Notes: generated by a model not told the origin, from the letters alone. Shown: positions 38,646 to 51,010, numbered from the stretch's first letter. The stretch: 64,000 bases of DNA from Octopus sinensis (GCF_006345805.1 NC_042999.1:40176001-40240000), one strand, 5' to 3'. Numbers and translations: made by a program.

Positions 38646-38850
38646 AAAGTTAATCCAAACAAGAAAGCACAAAAAAAACACAGCAACGCGAGGACGTGGA
38701 ACACATATAGTATTATTGGGCGCTCAGGAAAGAAGGAGGGTTTAACGTTTCGAGCGGAGCTCTTCGTCGGAAACATAGGAGAAGGAAAGATCCAGAGAAG
38801 GGAAGACAGAGGAAAAATAATCGCCAACGGTACATACGTGGTCACATTTA
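38641..38850 (-). mobile_element. (TA)n-anchored Penelope-like terminal element
   Basis: Contains the hammerhead motif at 38740-38774; 3' side abuts (TA)n at 38612-38640. Confidence 0.5.
38740..38774 (-). ncRNA. Minimal type-I hammerhead ribozyme motif (U4C variant)
   Basis: GUUU-CCGACGA-A-GAGC-UCC-GCUC-GAAACGUU-AAAC: stem I GUUU/AAAC, stem II GAGC/GCUC, palindromic ACGU stem III, predicted cleavage after GUU. Confidence 0.55.
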
Positions 38851-38947
38851 TACACGGGTTAATCGCCTAAACTTGGAAAGTTATATTGGATAGTGTAAAA
38901 CTGAAAGCATAATTCGCGAAAATAACAGGTGTAGATGTGTTAAATTG

Positions 38948-39215
38948 TGGAGGCACATGGCCTAGTGGTTAGAGCAGCGGACCCGCGGTCGAAGGATTGC
39001 GGGTTCGAAACTCAGATCGGGCGATGTGTGTGTTTATGAGCGAAACACCTAAGCTCTGGCAGAAGGTAATGGCGAATCTCCGCCACGACCTTCTCCCACT
39101 CTTTCCTTCTGCATCTTGCAGCTCCCCTGCGACAGACCGGCGTCCCGTCCAGGTGGCAAACCTATATGCAAATAAACCGGGAAACCGGCCCCGTGGCTCG
39201 AGAAAGAACAAACAA
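38948..39215 (+). mobile_element. tRNA-derived SINE family C (head 1 + tail X)
   Basis: Homologous to 8625-8910. Confidence 0.85.
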
Positions 39216-39319
39216 CAAACAACATATCTGTTGAATCAGGTTTCCTTTGGGTTTAAGAACAAGAAAATAAGATATAATAGCTTTATTTATTTGAATGTTA
39301 TTTAATTATGATTTCAAAT

Positions 39320-39500
39320 ATTTGCAGAAGGCCAGACGTTTTGGGCAAGGGGATAAGTCGATTACATCGAACCCTGTGTTCAAGTGGTACATATTTTTGA
39401 AGTCGACTGCGGCGGAATTTGAACACAATAAGTAATGATAGATGAAATGCCGATAAACATTTTACCCGGCATGCTAAGGTTTCTACCAGTTTAGCGCGTT
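39320..39500 (-). mobile_element. SINE family B, old copy
   Basis: aagtcgactgcggcggaatttgaacac...cccggcatgctaagg. Confidence 0.7.
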
Positions 39501-40170
39501 TACCTGCTGTGATACAAATTCATTTCTGATTATATTCCAAACATTTTCAGTATACCTTCCGAAGTAAACTCGACAATATTTCTTGAGTGTCTTAATGTAC
39601 TTTCTATTTCTTTATGTATTCTTATAAATAACTTATGTAGATAAATCTAGCTATATGATAGGCGCAAACATTCCGGAACGTATTGAATCAATAATCCGTA
39701 TCGTAGTTTGACAATGCACAAGCATACATCCAAATCTTTCTCACAAGAATTTTCGAATACAAAGGACGCATGGCAGTTATAGATATATCATTTCTGAAAA
39801 AGCAATTCAAGGTCTCGTTTGGAAGACATTTATCATACGTCCTTGACAAGGACGTATCTGATTTTATAGACAACAGGACTTCGAAAATAGAGCAAAAATT
39901 GCACCCAAAGACACTTTACGTTGTTAGGAGTTTCAATGACTGATCCAAGGGCGAGCTAGAGCATTGCTATATTAATAAGTGAAGCCTAATTTTATCTCAC
40001 AGATATTCATATGTCTACGTTATTTGCTTATTTAAATTTTGGTATGAAATGTGGTAAGGTTTGCTATTTTTTTTGGAATGTTATGCACACATACTTGCAC
40101 ACACATATATGTATGTATAGATGTATATAATTATGCATATCCATGTGTATCTATCTATCTATCTATCCTT

Positions 40171-40466
40171 GAGGCGCGTTTACTTATTCGTTCGGGCATT
40201 CGACTCACGACCATAAGGTCGTGAGTTCAATTCCCTGCGTTGTGTCTTTGAGCAAGACATTTTATTTCACGCTGCTCCAGTCAGCTCATCTGGCACAAAT
40301 GAGTAGTGCCTGTATTTGAAAGGGCCACCTTTGTCACACATTGAGAACTACGTTAAGGGTACAGATGTGTGTGGAGTGCTCAGTCACTTGCACGTTACTT
40401 TCATGAGCAAGCAGTTCCGTTAATCGTATCAGCTGGGATGCTCCTCGTCGTAACCGACGGAGTGCC
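40171..40466 (+). mobile_element. tRNA-derived SINE (head 2 with CORE-like segment + tail Y)
   Basis: gtcgtgagttcaattccc B box; ttgagcaagacatttt...gctccagtcagctca; tail gagaactacgttaagggtac...cgtcgtaaccgacggagtgc as in 12614-12990. Confidence 0.85.
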
Positions 40467-40510
40467 TGAACGAACGACCGCCTATCCATGCATTCATCCA
40501 TACACACACT

Positions 40511-40554
<44 letters not shown>

Positions 40555-40564
40555 TATATACATA

Positions 40565-41788
40565 TATATGGCTGTCCGGAAAGTTCGTGCCGATTTATAG
40601 TAGCTTACATTTCGACTTATTTTAGAACATGGTTGAGTCCATAAAATAGGATTTGACTACACCTCCATTTAGAGCACAGTTTAAGCTATCTTTTTGTGGA
40701 AGAAGGTTTATGTTCCTACAACCTGTGTTAATTCTGTAACCCTTTAAACTGGAAGATAAAAAAGCTCATTTTCTGCACTTGATGCTTTTCTTTTTCCATT
40801 AAGGGGAAAATGCCTCACAGGCAACCAAAGAAATATGCGCCGTTTACGGTGATGTTTCTTTATCCGAAAGAACTCTACGGAAGTGGTTCGCAAGCTGGAG
40901 ATTGTAGCCTTATTGATTAAGAGCGATCAGGCAGATCATCTACTACAGATGATGACCAAATTAAGTCATTAATTGAGAATAACCCACATTGCACAACCCA
41001 AGAAATGGCAGAATCCGTCGTTTGTGAGCACCTGGTAAAGTTTTGGTACACAAATTACTACGATGTTTGGGCACGATATGAGTTGAGTGAGAGGAACCTT
41101 TTGGATCGCATTTTCATCTGTGATTCGTTTTATAAACGGAATGAAAACGCGCCTTTTTTAAAGCAAATTATGACAGAGAAAGCGATCCTGGAGGAAGTGA
41201 CATGACCCACCCTTAGCCACCCCAAAAGCAGGTCTTCATCCTAAAAAAGTATTGCTTTGTGTCTGGTGGGATTGGAAAGGAATTTTGTACTATGAGCTTT
41301 TCCCTAGTAACCAGACAATTAATTCTGAGAAATACTGTACACAACTGGACGAGTTAAAAGCAGCAATTCAAGAGAAACGTCCAGAATCGGCCAACAGGAA
41401 GGGTCTTGTTTTCCAACATGATAATGCAAGATCGCACGTTTCTTTGGGAACCAAACAAAAATTGCTGCAGCTCGGATGGGATGTGTTACCCCACCCTCCA
41501 TATTCACCAGAGAATGCTCCAGATCCCCACTTATTAAGGTATCTACAGAAGAGTCTTCATGGTAAAAATTTCAATTCCTTTGATGAGGTAAAAAGATACT
41601 TTGATGAATTCTTTGCCATGAAACCACCTCAATTCTGGGAAGAGGGTATTTTCAAGTTAAAGGAAAGATAGAGACGCATTGTGCAACGAAATGTTTCAAA
41701 TTTGGTTGATTAAAAATGTAATGGCAAGTATTTATTGACCTTTTTCTTTCCTTTAAAGATCGGCACGAACTTTCCGGACAACCCAATA
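40565..41788 (+). mobile_element. Mariner transposon (mellifera-like), both TIRs present, transposase pseudogene
   Basis: TIRs tgtccggaaagttcgtgccgat / atcggcacgaactttccggaca with TA ends; reads EDKKAHF..ERSGR..LCVWWDWKGILYYEL..QHDNARSH..HPPYSP. The first catalytic TGDEKW region is deleted and stops are present. Confidence 0.95.
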
Positions 41789-42069
41789 TTGTTACCGTTT
41801 AAAAAAAATACATAACTTCAGTGATTCCCACAAACATTCTATGTAAAAAAAGGCAGGTTCGTCTCAGTTAGACTCTTGAATTAGAGTTGGTATTCGAGTG
41901 AATGTGCAACAGTCACAACTGACTCAAATAATGTGTGTGTATAATCGTGCGTGTGTTTGCCTCTTCTAGTGCATATCTGTAGGAGTGTGTTTACGTGAGA
42001 ATGTATTATTTCAGTGCGTGTGTGTGCTTTTGTACGACTGTGTGTATGTGTGTGTGCGTGAGCGTGTGC

Positions 42070-42105
<36 letters not shown>

Positions 42106-42604
42106 CCTTACGCTGGTGTTTTTCTTGCTTCCGACATTCTACTATGGAGTGGCAGAAGCACAGCTATGATATATGTCCGTTATAATCGGTGAAAATAACT
42201 CATATTTTTATGAGTCATTTTGGCAGCGTAGGAATTATGTCTTTGAATATTCTAGACGAAATAACATTTGGCTGACTACAAATTATATGTTAAAGCAATT
42301 GTCAGTTGAATGCTTAATTATATGTTCTTCCTCATGAAAAAATATGACCGAAACCTGAACCCTTCTCGCTAAATACTCATGTTATTTTTAGCGATTCCCC
42401 AAGCGATCATTTTAGTAGGCATGGCTCGTGTTTGGAAAAGTTACGCTAATTGACAAATACAAGCTCTCACGCACACACCCACAGACCGACACGCCACACT
42501 ACCATCCATTTTCCAACGGATAATCACATACATGGACACACGTACAGCTATATACATAGGCAGATACAACTCACGGAAAAACTTATATCTACTTAACGAT
42601 CTAC

Positions 42605-42613
42605 ATAGATAGC

Positions 42614-42671
<58 letters not shown>

Positions 42672-42800
42672 TAGATAGATAGATAGATAGATAGATAAAC
42701 CGACAGAAATGTACATAGACAAATAGGCGTACAGACAGACAGTCAGGTAGGCAGGCAGAGAGACAGAAAGACAGGCAGACAGATAGATAGCTAGATAAAT
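42605..42800. repeat. (GATA)n/(GACA)n microsatellite
   Basis: Directly visible. Confidence 0.95.
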
Positions 42801-43063
42801 ATATAGATAGACAGATAAATATAGGTCTGGCTTTGGGTTAAATATTGTTGTTTTGCCATCACACGGTCTCGCATTCCGTATCAATGACTGGCATCATAGG
42901 CAAGTGACTTGTAATTCAGCCTCAAGCCCAGTAAAGTCTTCCGAATGGAAATAGCGGACACAAACTGAGTAAATGTGCCTCTTATGTATGTCAGACAGCT
43001 TATCTCTCTATCAACGTTCAGTATTTGTATGATTTTATCTCTCACTTTATCTACTCATTTAAT

Positions 43064-43092
<29 letters not shown>

Positions 43093-43097
<5 letters not shown>

Positions 43098-43228
43098 AAA
43101 TTTAAAGGACTGACCACAAAAAGTGGACGGTCAACATGCTAGTTATAGACGTCAAAATAGCGATTTTGATGTCTATATCTAGCATGTTGACCGTCCACTT
43201 TTAGTGGTCAGTCCTTTAAATTTTGTAT
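43093..43228. repeat. 136-bp near-perfect palindrome
   Basis: Arms 43093-43158 and 43163-43228 (66 bp, 3 mismatches), loop AGCG. Confidence 0.95.
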
Positions 43229-43327
43229 GTAAAAATATTTTAATCTTTGGATATTTTTAATATGCTAGGCCACTGTTTTTAATTGATTAATATCAATTTC
43301 TACCCATATATATATATAGAGAGAGAG

Positions 43328-43402
<75 letters not shown>

Positions 43403-43764
43403 CAGATAGATAGATAGATATGTATATATATATTTTGTATATGTGTGTGTTGGTGTAAGAAGAGCGTCGTAGTTCACTTGAAGTATTGTAAAGCAGAACT
43501 AGAAAAATGAATGAAAAGAGAAATAATTAAAATAAACCGCTTCCTAGAATTCTGAAAGATCTTTAAATCAAATACTCATATTTCGTAAGAATACAATCAA
43601 GAGATATTTCTTTGAGTCCGGTGGTTGGGCCACTAGCAGCAGTTCCCTAAACGCATTTTTGGGGTAAATATGTCTTTGCGCCAGAAATATAAACGGATTT
43701 TTAAATGACTTTCCTCATTGTTACGAGCCTTTAATATTTCTTACTTCATTCAATCAATCACATT

Positions 43765-44660
43765 TCGGAAGTGTCTTCTACTATGGTCTTGTGTCGACCA
43801 TCGCTTTGTGAATGCAAAAGCAACCCGTCGTGTGTGTGTGTAGATAGTTAGATACATACATAGATATATAGATAGATAGATTATAGTTATAGATATACAT
43901 ATGTATGTATATGTATATACCTATGTGTCTGTGTTTGACCCCCCATAACCGGTTGACAACCGTGTTGGTGTATTTAGGTTCCTCTTAACTTAGCGGTACG
44001 GCAATGAAGACCTACAGAGTAAGTACTAGGCTTTAATAAAATAACTCGTGGGTTCTATTTTTTTTTACCCTTGAAGTATGTACGCCAGAATGGTCGCAGT
44101 CAAATGGCTGAAACACATAGAGGATAAAAAAAATAATACATATACATATATAAATACGCACATATAGAGCGAGAGAGAGAAGATATACCTATATGTTTGT
44201 ATATGTAACATTCATAACAAGGTCAATAAGAGCAATTGTCTTTCCGAGTTTGACAAAACATTCATTAAGATTAGACGCTGTGACGCATATTTATTTACAT
44301 GTTGTGTGCCAGTTGATTGCGAAGTCACATCACAGCAGCACTAGACATTTCTAGCCTCGGGCCATCCAAAGCCATGTGAGTGGTTCAGATCGACGGAAAT
44401 TAAAAGAAGAGCACCGTATGTATGCGTGCATATATATGCGTATGTGTATGTATCTCTGTGTGTCTATGTTTATACCCCACTACAGGTTGATAACGGGTAT
44501 TTTTTTCTTTATGTCCCTATAACTTAACGGTTAGGCAAAACGGACCAATATAATAGATACAAGGATTTTAAAAAATAAAAGAGCACTGGAGTCAATTCTT
44601 TCTATTAAAATTCTTCTCTAGCATGGCCACAGTCAAATGACCAAAGCAAATAAGAGAAGA
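43765..44660 (+). mobile_element. Two old family A SINEs in tandem (43765-44125, 44350-44660)
   Basis: Diverged agtgtcttctactatgg..., cttagcggtacggc..., gcatggccacagtcaaatgac segments. Confidence 0.7.
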
Positions 44661-44702
44661 ATATATATGCATGTATGTATGTACGTATGTATGCACATAT
44701 GC

Positions 44703-44743
<41 letters not shown>

Positions 44744-46159
44744 GAGAGAGAGAGAAAGGCAGACAGAGAGAGACAGAGAGAAATAGAGAGAGAAAGAGCT
44801 ATGTGCTTTTCAAATTAGATATTAATATAATCTCTACACGTTTGTTAGATAAAAGTTTAAATAGAGTAACCATATTTTGAAATTGTATTCAGTTCTGCAT
44901 TTTTTCTGTTAGTCTTCGTAATTTTGCCTCGATTATTTTCTTTTATTTGCATAATACCAATAATTTAGTTTCATTTTAATAATTATGGATCTGAATAACT
45001 GCACAGTTTCTCGCCAAATTCGAAACATTATATAACACAATAAAATACAAAACGATTGTTTGTTGGATAACAGACTCAGATTTCATGTGGAAAAAATTTG
45101 ATCTAAAAAATGCACCAAGTCTGGCTTAATAATTTAAGAAAATTGCTTTAAGAATTATTTAAAATTTTAGTAACATTTTTTAATATTCTGTTTTTCTTTT
45201 CCGTTGGAAAGAAATCAGATAAAATTCACATAATTGCCAAAAAAAGAAATTGATTTTTCAATATTACACAAATCATCTTAATTAGACGCAACTTTTATAT
45301 AATATTTGTCAGAAAAAGATATAAAAACCCTTGAGGACATATAATAATTTATCTGTCTATCCATCTATCGATCTATGTCTAATCTATATTACTTGATCAC
45401 TCTCTCTTTTCTCTCTCTCTCTCACACTCTCTCCTTATTTTTCACTTACTTATTCATTCTGTTTATATTCCTATCTCTGTCTATATTCTGTCTGTCTTTC
45501 TCAAATAATAATTTTATTTATGTGTAATCATTTGTTAACATACCTATTTCCAAGTGTTTACTTCGTTAATCTTTCAGTTAATCACTCTCTAATACACATT
45601 CTGTCTTATCAACATATTTTAAGCGCTATTTTAATTATTCCTCTAGGACTAATGATAACATTTTAATCACACAATTTCGTTCCCTTGACGACAAATAGGA
45701 AATGAAGATACAAACAGTAAATAACATTTAATAATTGCATATATAGGCATACAGTTATTGACGAAAATAAATGCACGTACGAAACTCAGTTTATCGGACA
45801 TATAAACACATTTATATTGGGAACAGCGTTATTAGATTAAATCATTTATTTAAATATGCATGACAAGAAATGCATAAACGCACTAATATACACTGTGTGT
45901 ATTTATAAGTATACAATGTATATGTATACATATATAATTAGTCATATATAACATATACACAGCCTGAAAGATTGCCTTAAGACACATGGCACACTTTATA
46001 AATATACCTGTTCAAGTGTCTAATAATTAAGAAACTATTAGTAGCTCTTTCGATTGAGCACTTCATTTCGTGTATGTGTGTGTGTGTGTGTATGTGTGTA
46101 GATAGATACACTAGAAACTATTGGAAGCATTTAATTTGCATACGCTGTCATAGATACCG

Positions 46160-47045
46160 TTTAGTATTTTTATCTACCTATTTCTTTACTACCCACAGGG
46201 GGCTTAAACACAGAGGGGACAAGCAAGGATAGACAAACGGATTAAGTCGATTACATCGATCCCAGTGCGTAACTGATACTTAATTTATCGACCCCCGAAA
46301 AGATGAAAGGCAAAGTCGACCTCGGCGGAATTTGAACTCACAACGTAACGGCAGACGAAATACCGCTAAGCATTTCGCTCGAAATGCTTTGCGGTATTTC
46401 GGCTGCCGTTACGTTGTGAGTTCAAATTCCGCGGCGGCGAGCTGGCAGAAACATTAGCACGCCGGGCGAAATGCTTAGCAGTATTTCGTCTGTGTTACGT
46501 TCTGAGTTCAAATTCCGCCGAGGCTAACTTTGCCTTTCATCCCTTCGGGGTCGATAAATTAAGTACCAGTTACGAACTGGGGTCGATGTAATCGATTTAA
46601 TACCTAAGTATGTCCTTGTTTGTCCCCCTCTATGTTTAGCCAATTGTGGGTAATAAAGAAATAGGTATTTCGTCTGCCGCTACGTTCTGAGTTCAAATTC
46701 CGCCGAGGTCGACTTTGATTTTCATCCTTTCGTTGTCGATAAATTAATTACCAGTGTCGTACTGGCTCCCATCCCCCAAAATTTCGGATTTTGTGCCAGG
46801 TGTAGAAAAGAATATTTTTATCTGTCAAAGGTGCCGTGCTGGCAGACACCTTAGCACGCCGGGCGAAATACTTAGCGATATTTTGTCTGTATTTACATTC
46901 TGAGTTCTAACTCCGCGGAGGTTAACATTGACTTTCATCCTATCGGGGTCGGTAAATTAAGTACTAGTGGCGTACTTTGGTAGTTCTAATCGACTGGCCT
47001 CCTCCTCCAAAATTTCGGCCCTTGTGTCTAGAATAGAAAAGAATA
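46160..47045. mobile_element. Family B SINE cluster: minus unit, snap-back palindrome, plus dimer, old monomer
   Basis: Minus unit 46160-46377; inverted copy 46380-46432; plus units 46433-46663 and 46664-46815; old copy 46830-47045. Confidence 0.9.
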
Positions 47046-47384
47046 TTTTTATATGTTAGCCTATAGGAAAGCCATAACATTCTGAACAGAGTGAGGAAAA
47101 AATAGAGGAATGCATCCTCACGCAGAAACGTTGCTCGAATGTTTACAGAAAAGGTGATGACACTAAATTTAAGGAAATTGTTTGATGGTGTATTTAAACT
47201 AGGTAACGGTTTAAGTCTATGAAACCCGAAATCAATAGTGAGATTTGAAGAAAAAAATACGAGACTTTAGGCTGCTACGCATTTTGACAGATCCAGTAAT
47301 ATAATGCTTTGCACTGGTAACTTTTTATCTACACTGAAGGAGCGAAACAGCTATACTACGTTTTTATGTATATGAGGCGGCGGG

Positions 47385-47585
47385 CTAGCAGAATCATTAT
47401 GTCACCGGAGAAAATGCTCAACGGCTTTTCACTCGTTTTTATGTTCTGAGTTAAAATTCCGTTGATGTTGACTTTGCCCTTCGTCCTTTAACGGTCAACA
47501 AAATAAGTACCAATCGAAGACTGGTGTCTGAAGAGGCGACTAAGACCTTCTCCCTAAATTCCTGGCCTTATGTCGCAATTTGAAA
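47385..47585 (+). mobile_element. SINE family B, old copy
   Basis: gaggcggcgggctagcagaatc...gttctgagttaaaattccgttgatgttgactttgcc. Confidence 0.7.
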
Positions 47586-48789
47586 TAAATATTAGTCCGT
47601 TTATGTATCAATTCGTTTACCGTATTTCAAATTTTACGCCATTTCGCACCCAATCTTTTACCTACCCAAGTTTCCATCATTTTATTCGGCATATAATTTC
47701 GATGATGTTTCAAAAAGTCCTCACGTGATATTCTTTTAAATATATAAAATTTAGTGACAAATGTTTACTTCGTAACATATTCCGTTTACTCTGCAACTTT
47801 GAAATTTGCTCTATTTTCACAAAAATTTCTACTTTCCTAGTTGTCTGAATCGCTGTACCAATTCAGCAATTTTATAGTTTGCTACTTTTTAAATTTTATA
47901 AGCGTTGTATTTAAAATGTTATTTATTATGTTATTGCGATAGGCGCACCAACTGCCCCATCTTAATCGATCTTCAACACTATTATTATCGATGTTGTTTT
48001 TCACAATTTGAAGCGTGATCCGACTGAAGCACCAGTTGTACCAGAGTGTTGTTGAAATATATTGCAACGCCCCCTTGTACTAAATGTACTAAAATGCTTG
48101 ATATGCTTGCCTTGTTATGAGATTCAATATCCTGTTTTTCAAATTGTTTAAATATTTCATATGTTTGTTATGTAAATGTTATTCTTTTATTTGATGGTGT
48201 ATGTGTTCTGTATGTGCGTATCAGTTTCTTTAATTGCATTTTAATGTGTTGTCGTTCTGTTGAAAATACATTGTGAGTTAATTTATATTATACAATGGTA
48301 TTTGTGTCGTGATAGTGATATTGTTTGCAATATTTTAAACAAGTATTGTCGATTGTATTTTATCCTTAACGATAAAAATTAATTTTTGTTTCAAATTTTA
48401 GTACAACACCCGGAATTTTTTGGAGATGAGGCTAGTACCTTATTTGATCGATTCAGAAGTAATGGCTGGCACAGCTAACATCGGCAGGATTTGAACCTAG
48501 AACGTAGAGAGTGGGGTATATGTTCCGATGAGCTTAAGTATGTACCAGCCTGCTGACGTAATAATAATACATTCTCCTATACACACAAAACATGAAACTT
48601 TGGTTACCGTGTCTAGTAGATTACATAGCTGCAACTCTCAACCGGTGATTACTTTATCGACAGCAAATAGAAGAATGGTGTAATTTGAGCTCAGAACGTA
48701 AACTCTATGGGAATATTGGTTTAAAATTTAGGCACAAAACCAGTTAGTTCAGCGCAATTGTTATGCAGATTGCATTGACCCTAGTCCTC

Positions 48790-50200
48790 AATTGATGTCG
48801 GTTGTGTTTGTGTTTGCGTTGGTGATTTTTGGGTGATGTTTGTGTGGGTGGTGTTCGTATTGTTTTGTTGCGGGTGTTGTTATGCTTTGTGGAGTTTTTC
48901 TTTTGTGCTATCTGGGTTCTTTTTTACCTTTCAGTTTTCCTTCATCTCCATTACTAGAAGGGGAAGGGTCTGTTGCTGTAAGTATGTCTAAGCGTATATT
49001 TATAATATTTTTTATGTATGTATTTTGGTTTGGTGTGAGGGGGTGGGGAGCTTTCTTGGTTTTCCCATAGAGTAGTTAATATCTTTGGTGTTGTTGCTGG
49101 TGGTTTTGCCGGTGCTGGTGATGCTTGTGGTTCTCGTCCCGGTGGAGGCAGCAGTAAAGGCCGTAGGCGACAGCAAGCAGCCAAATTAGTCGTTTATCCA
49201 CAACTGAAACAACGAGGCCTTTTGTCTTCAGTCAGGATATGTATCACCGTCCCGTTCTGGAGACACCTGTGGTCCGTGATTTTTTAATGATTTCGGGTCT
49301 GATCTGAAGAATTATCTCCAGGTCAATCCCAAACCAGTCCTCCATGGCAGTTCTTGTCACCTCTAGAGAGACAGTATCCGTCCCCTCCACAATTACGCAT
49401 CCCAAAGGCACCAAATATCTAGTCTTGGGGAGAGTCTAGGAATTCGGACACGGGCGGCTGTATGCTTCCCCATGTGGGAGAGGTACTGGGTGACTGTGCT
49501 TCCGTTGCAGTGGGTTATTGAATGTCTTAGTGAGAGCTTCTGATTTAAACAGCACAGGGAATGGTGCCGTATTGTTTGCCCATCGCTATGTATTCGATGT
49601 CATTTCTCATACACCTCAACACCACTTCAATATCTACTTGGGCTATCAAAGCCGCTCTTTACGTGTCTGCTGACATGCATCTGAAAACCACCGTTCTTCT
49701 CTCTACTGCTTCAATTGCCTCTGATGGGACCGTAAGATTTGCCCAATCATTCTCTTGTTTAATTAGGTTCCATGCCTTTGGGAGCACCTGCTCTCTGTTA
49801 GTGAGATCTACGGCTTATCGGTGTTTGGTCTTGGCGGCTGCTACTGCTGCTGCAAAACTATTTTTGATTTTTCATTTGTTTTGTTTTCGTTGTTTTTGCT
49901 CCTTTCATTGTTGCTGCTGCCGTTGTTGGTCTCGTTCTTATCGATATTGTTGGTATTGCTGTTGTCCTCTTTTCTGAGGTCGTTGCTGCTCTCACTACTA
50001 CTACCGCTGCTGCTGTCGATGCTGTGGTTGCTGCCGTTAATGATTTTGCTACTATTGCTTTTACAGTTCGTTGTACTTTGTACCATGACAGTCTTGTTCT
50101 TCTCCTCCTCCCCATCCTTCATATTGTTGCCCGTGACAGAGGGAAGGAGAAGCAAGCCTTCATCTATTACCATAGTTGTAGGGGGTTGTTAAGAGGCACT
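48790..50200 (-). mobile_element. LINE ORF1 (gag-like) remnant, probably L1/Tx1 group; no ORF2
   Basis: Low-complexity N-terminus, SFAAAVAAA, RRM-like middle, degenerate zinc knuckle KRPRCFSCG*TTNLAACC at 49170-49211, Pro-rich tail; stops and frameshifts. Confidence 0.65.
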
Positions 50201-50535
50201 CCGCTATATTTTTTAGTTGTATTGATTCCATTGAATTTTAGCACACACCGAATTTATCTAGTTGGCCAAAAATCAACCCTCTGGTGGCTACACAACCATA
50301 AAAGACCAGTAATAGGTTCCTAGTTCTTCTATTCACAACGTAAAATAAAATAATTATTGCGAAAAGAAAACCAATCCTGGTGTAAATAAATATTCTGAAT
50401 TGAACTTACTTCGAGCGTTCGAAAACAGGTCCGATGTGTTCCGCAGCAAATATAATAATAACAATAATAATAATACTAATAATAAAAATAATAATAATGT
50501 TGATAATAATAATAATAATAATAATAATATAATAA

Positions 50536-51010
50536 TAAAGCAACCATACTTTGGGATATGCCAATACACACAGATAGAGAAATTAAGACCAATAGGCCAG
50601 ATATAGTTGTCAGAGATCATGAAGAAGAAAATGCTTTCTAACTGATGTATCAATACCAGAAGATGATAACGTTTCTCTAAAAGAAATGGAGAAACTTTCA
50701 AAATACAAAGACCTTGGAAATAGAGGTAACTCGAATGTGGAATCTAAAAACAGAAACAATTCTTATCATAGCAGGTAATTAGGTATGATAAAAAAAAATA
50801 TTCAGACAAATACATAACAAAAATACTAGGACTTACAAATATATATAACATACATAAAATTGCACTACTGGGCCCTGCACACATCCTACGCAAAACACTT
50901 TCAATACAGTAGCCATAAAAGCATCACAACAAACCACAGCACATATACCCAAGGCACACAGAGCTTCGATCGGTAGTGAAGTGAAAGCACGCTATAAAAA
51001 CAAAACTACT
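50536..51010 (+). mobile_element. 5'-truncated R4/Dong LINE 3' end (REL endonuclease) flanked by (AAT)n
   Basis: Reads ATILWDMPIHTDREIKTNRPDIVVRD..DVSIPEDDNV..KEMEKLSKYKDL..IALLGPAHILRKTLSIQ*; (AAT)n-rich tracts at 50450-50535 and 51040-51115. Confidence 0.92.

Noticed and set aside
49561-50323. Several 85-138-aa ORFs on both strands
   Set aside because: Alternative frames and antisense readings of the trinucleotide-rich LINE ORF1 leader.
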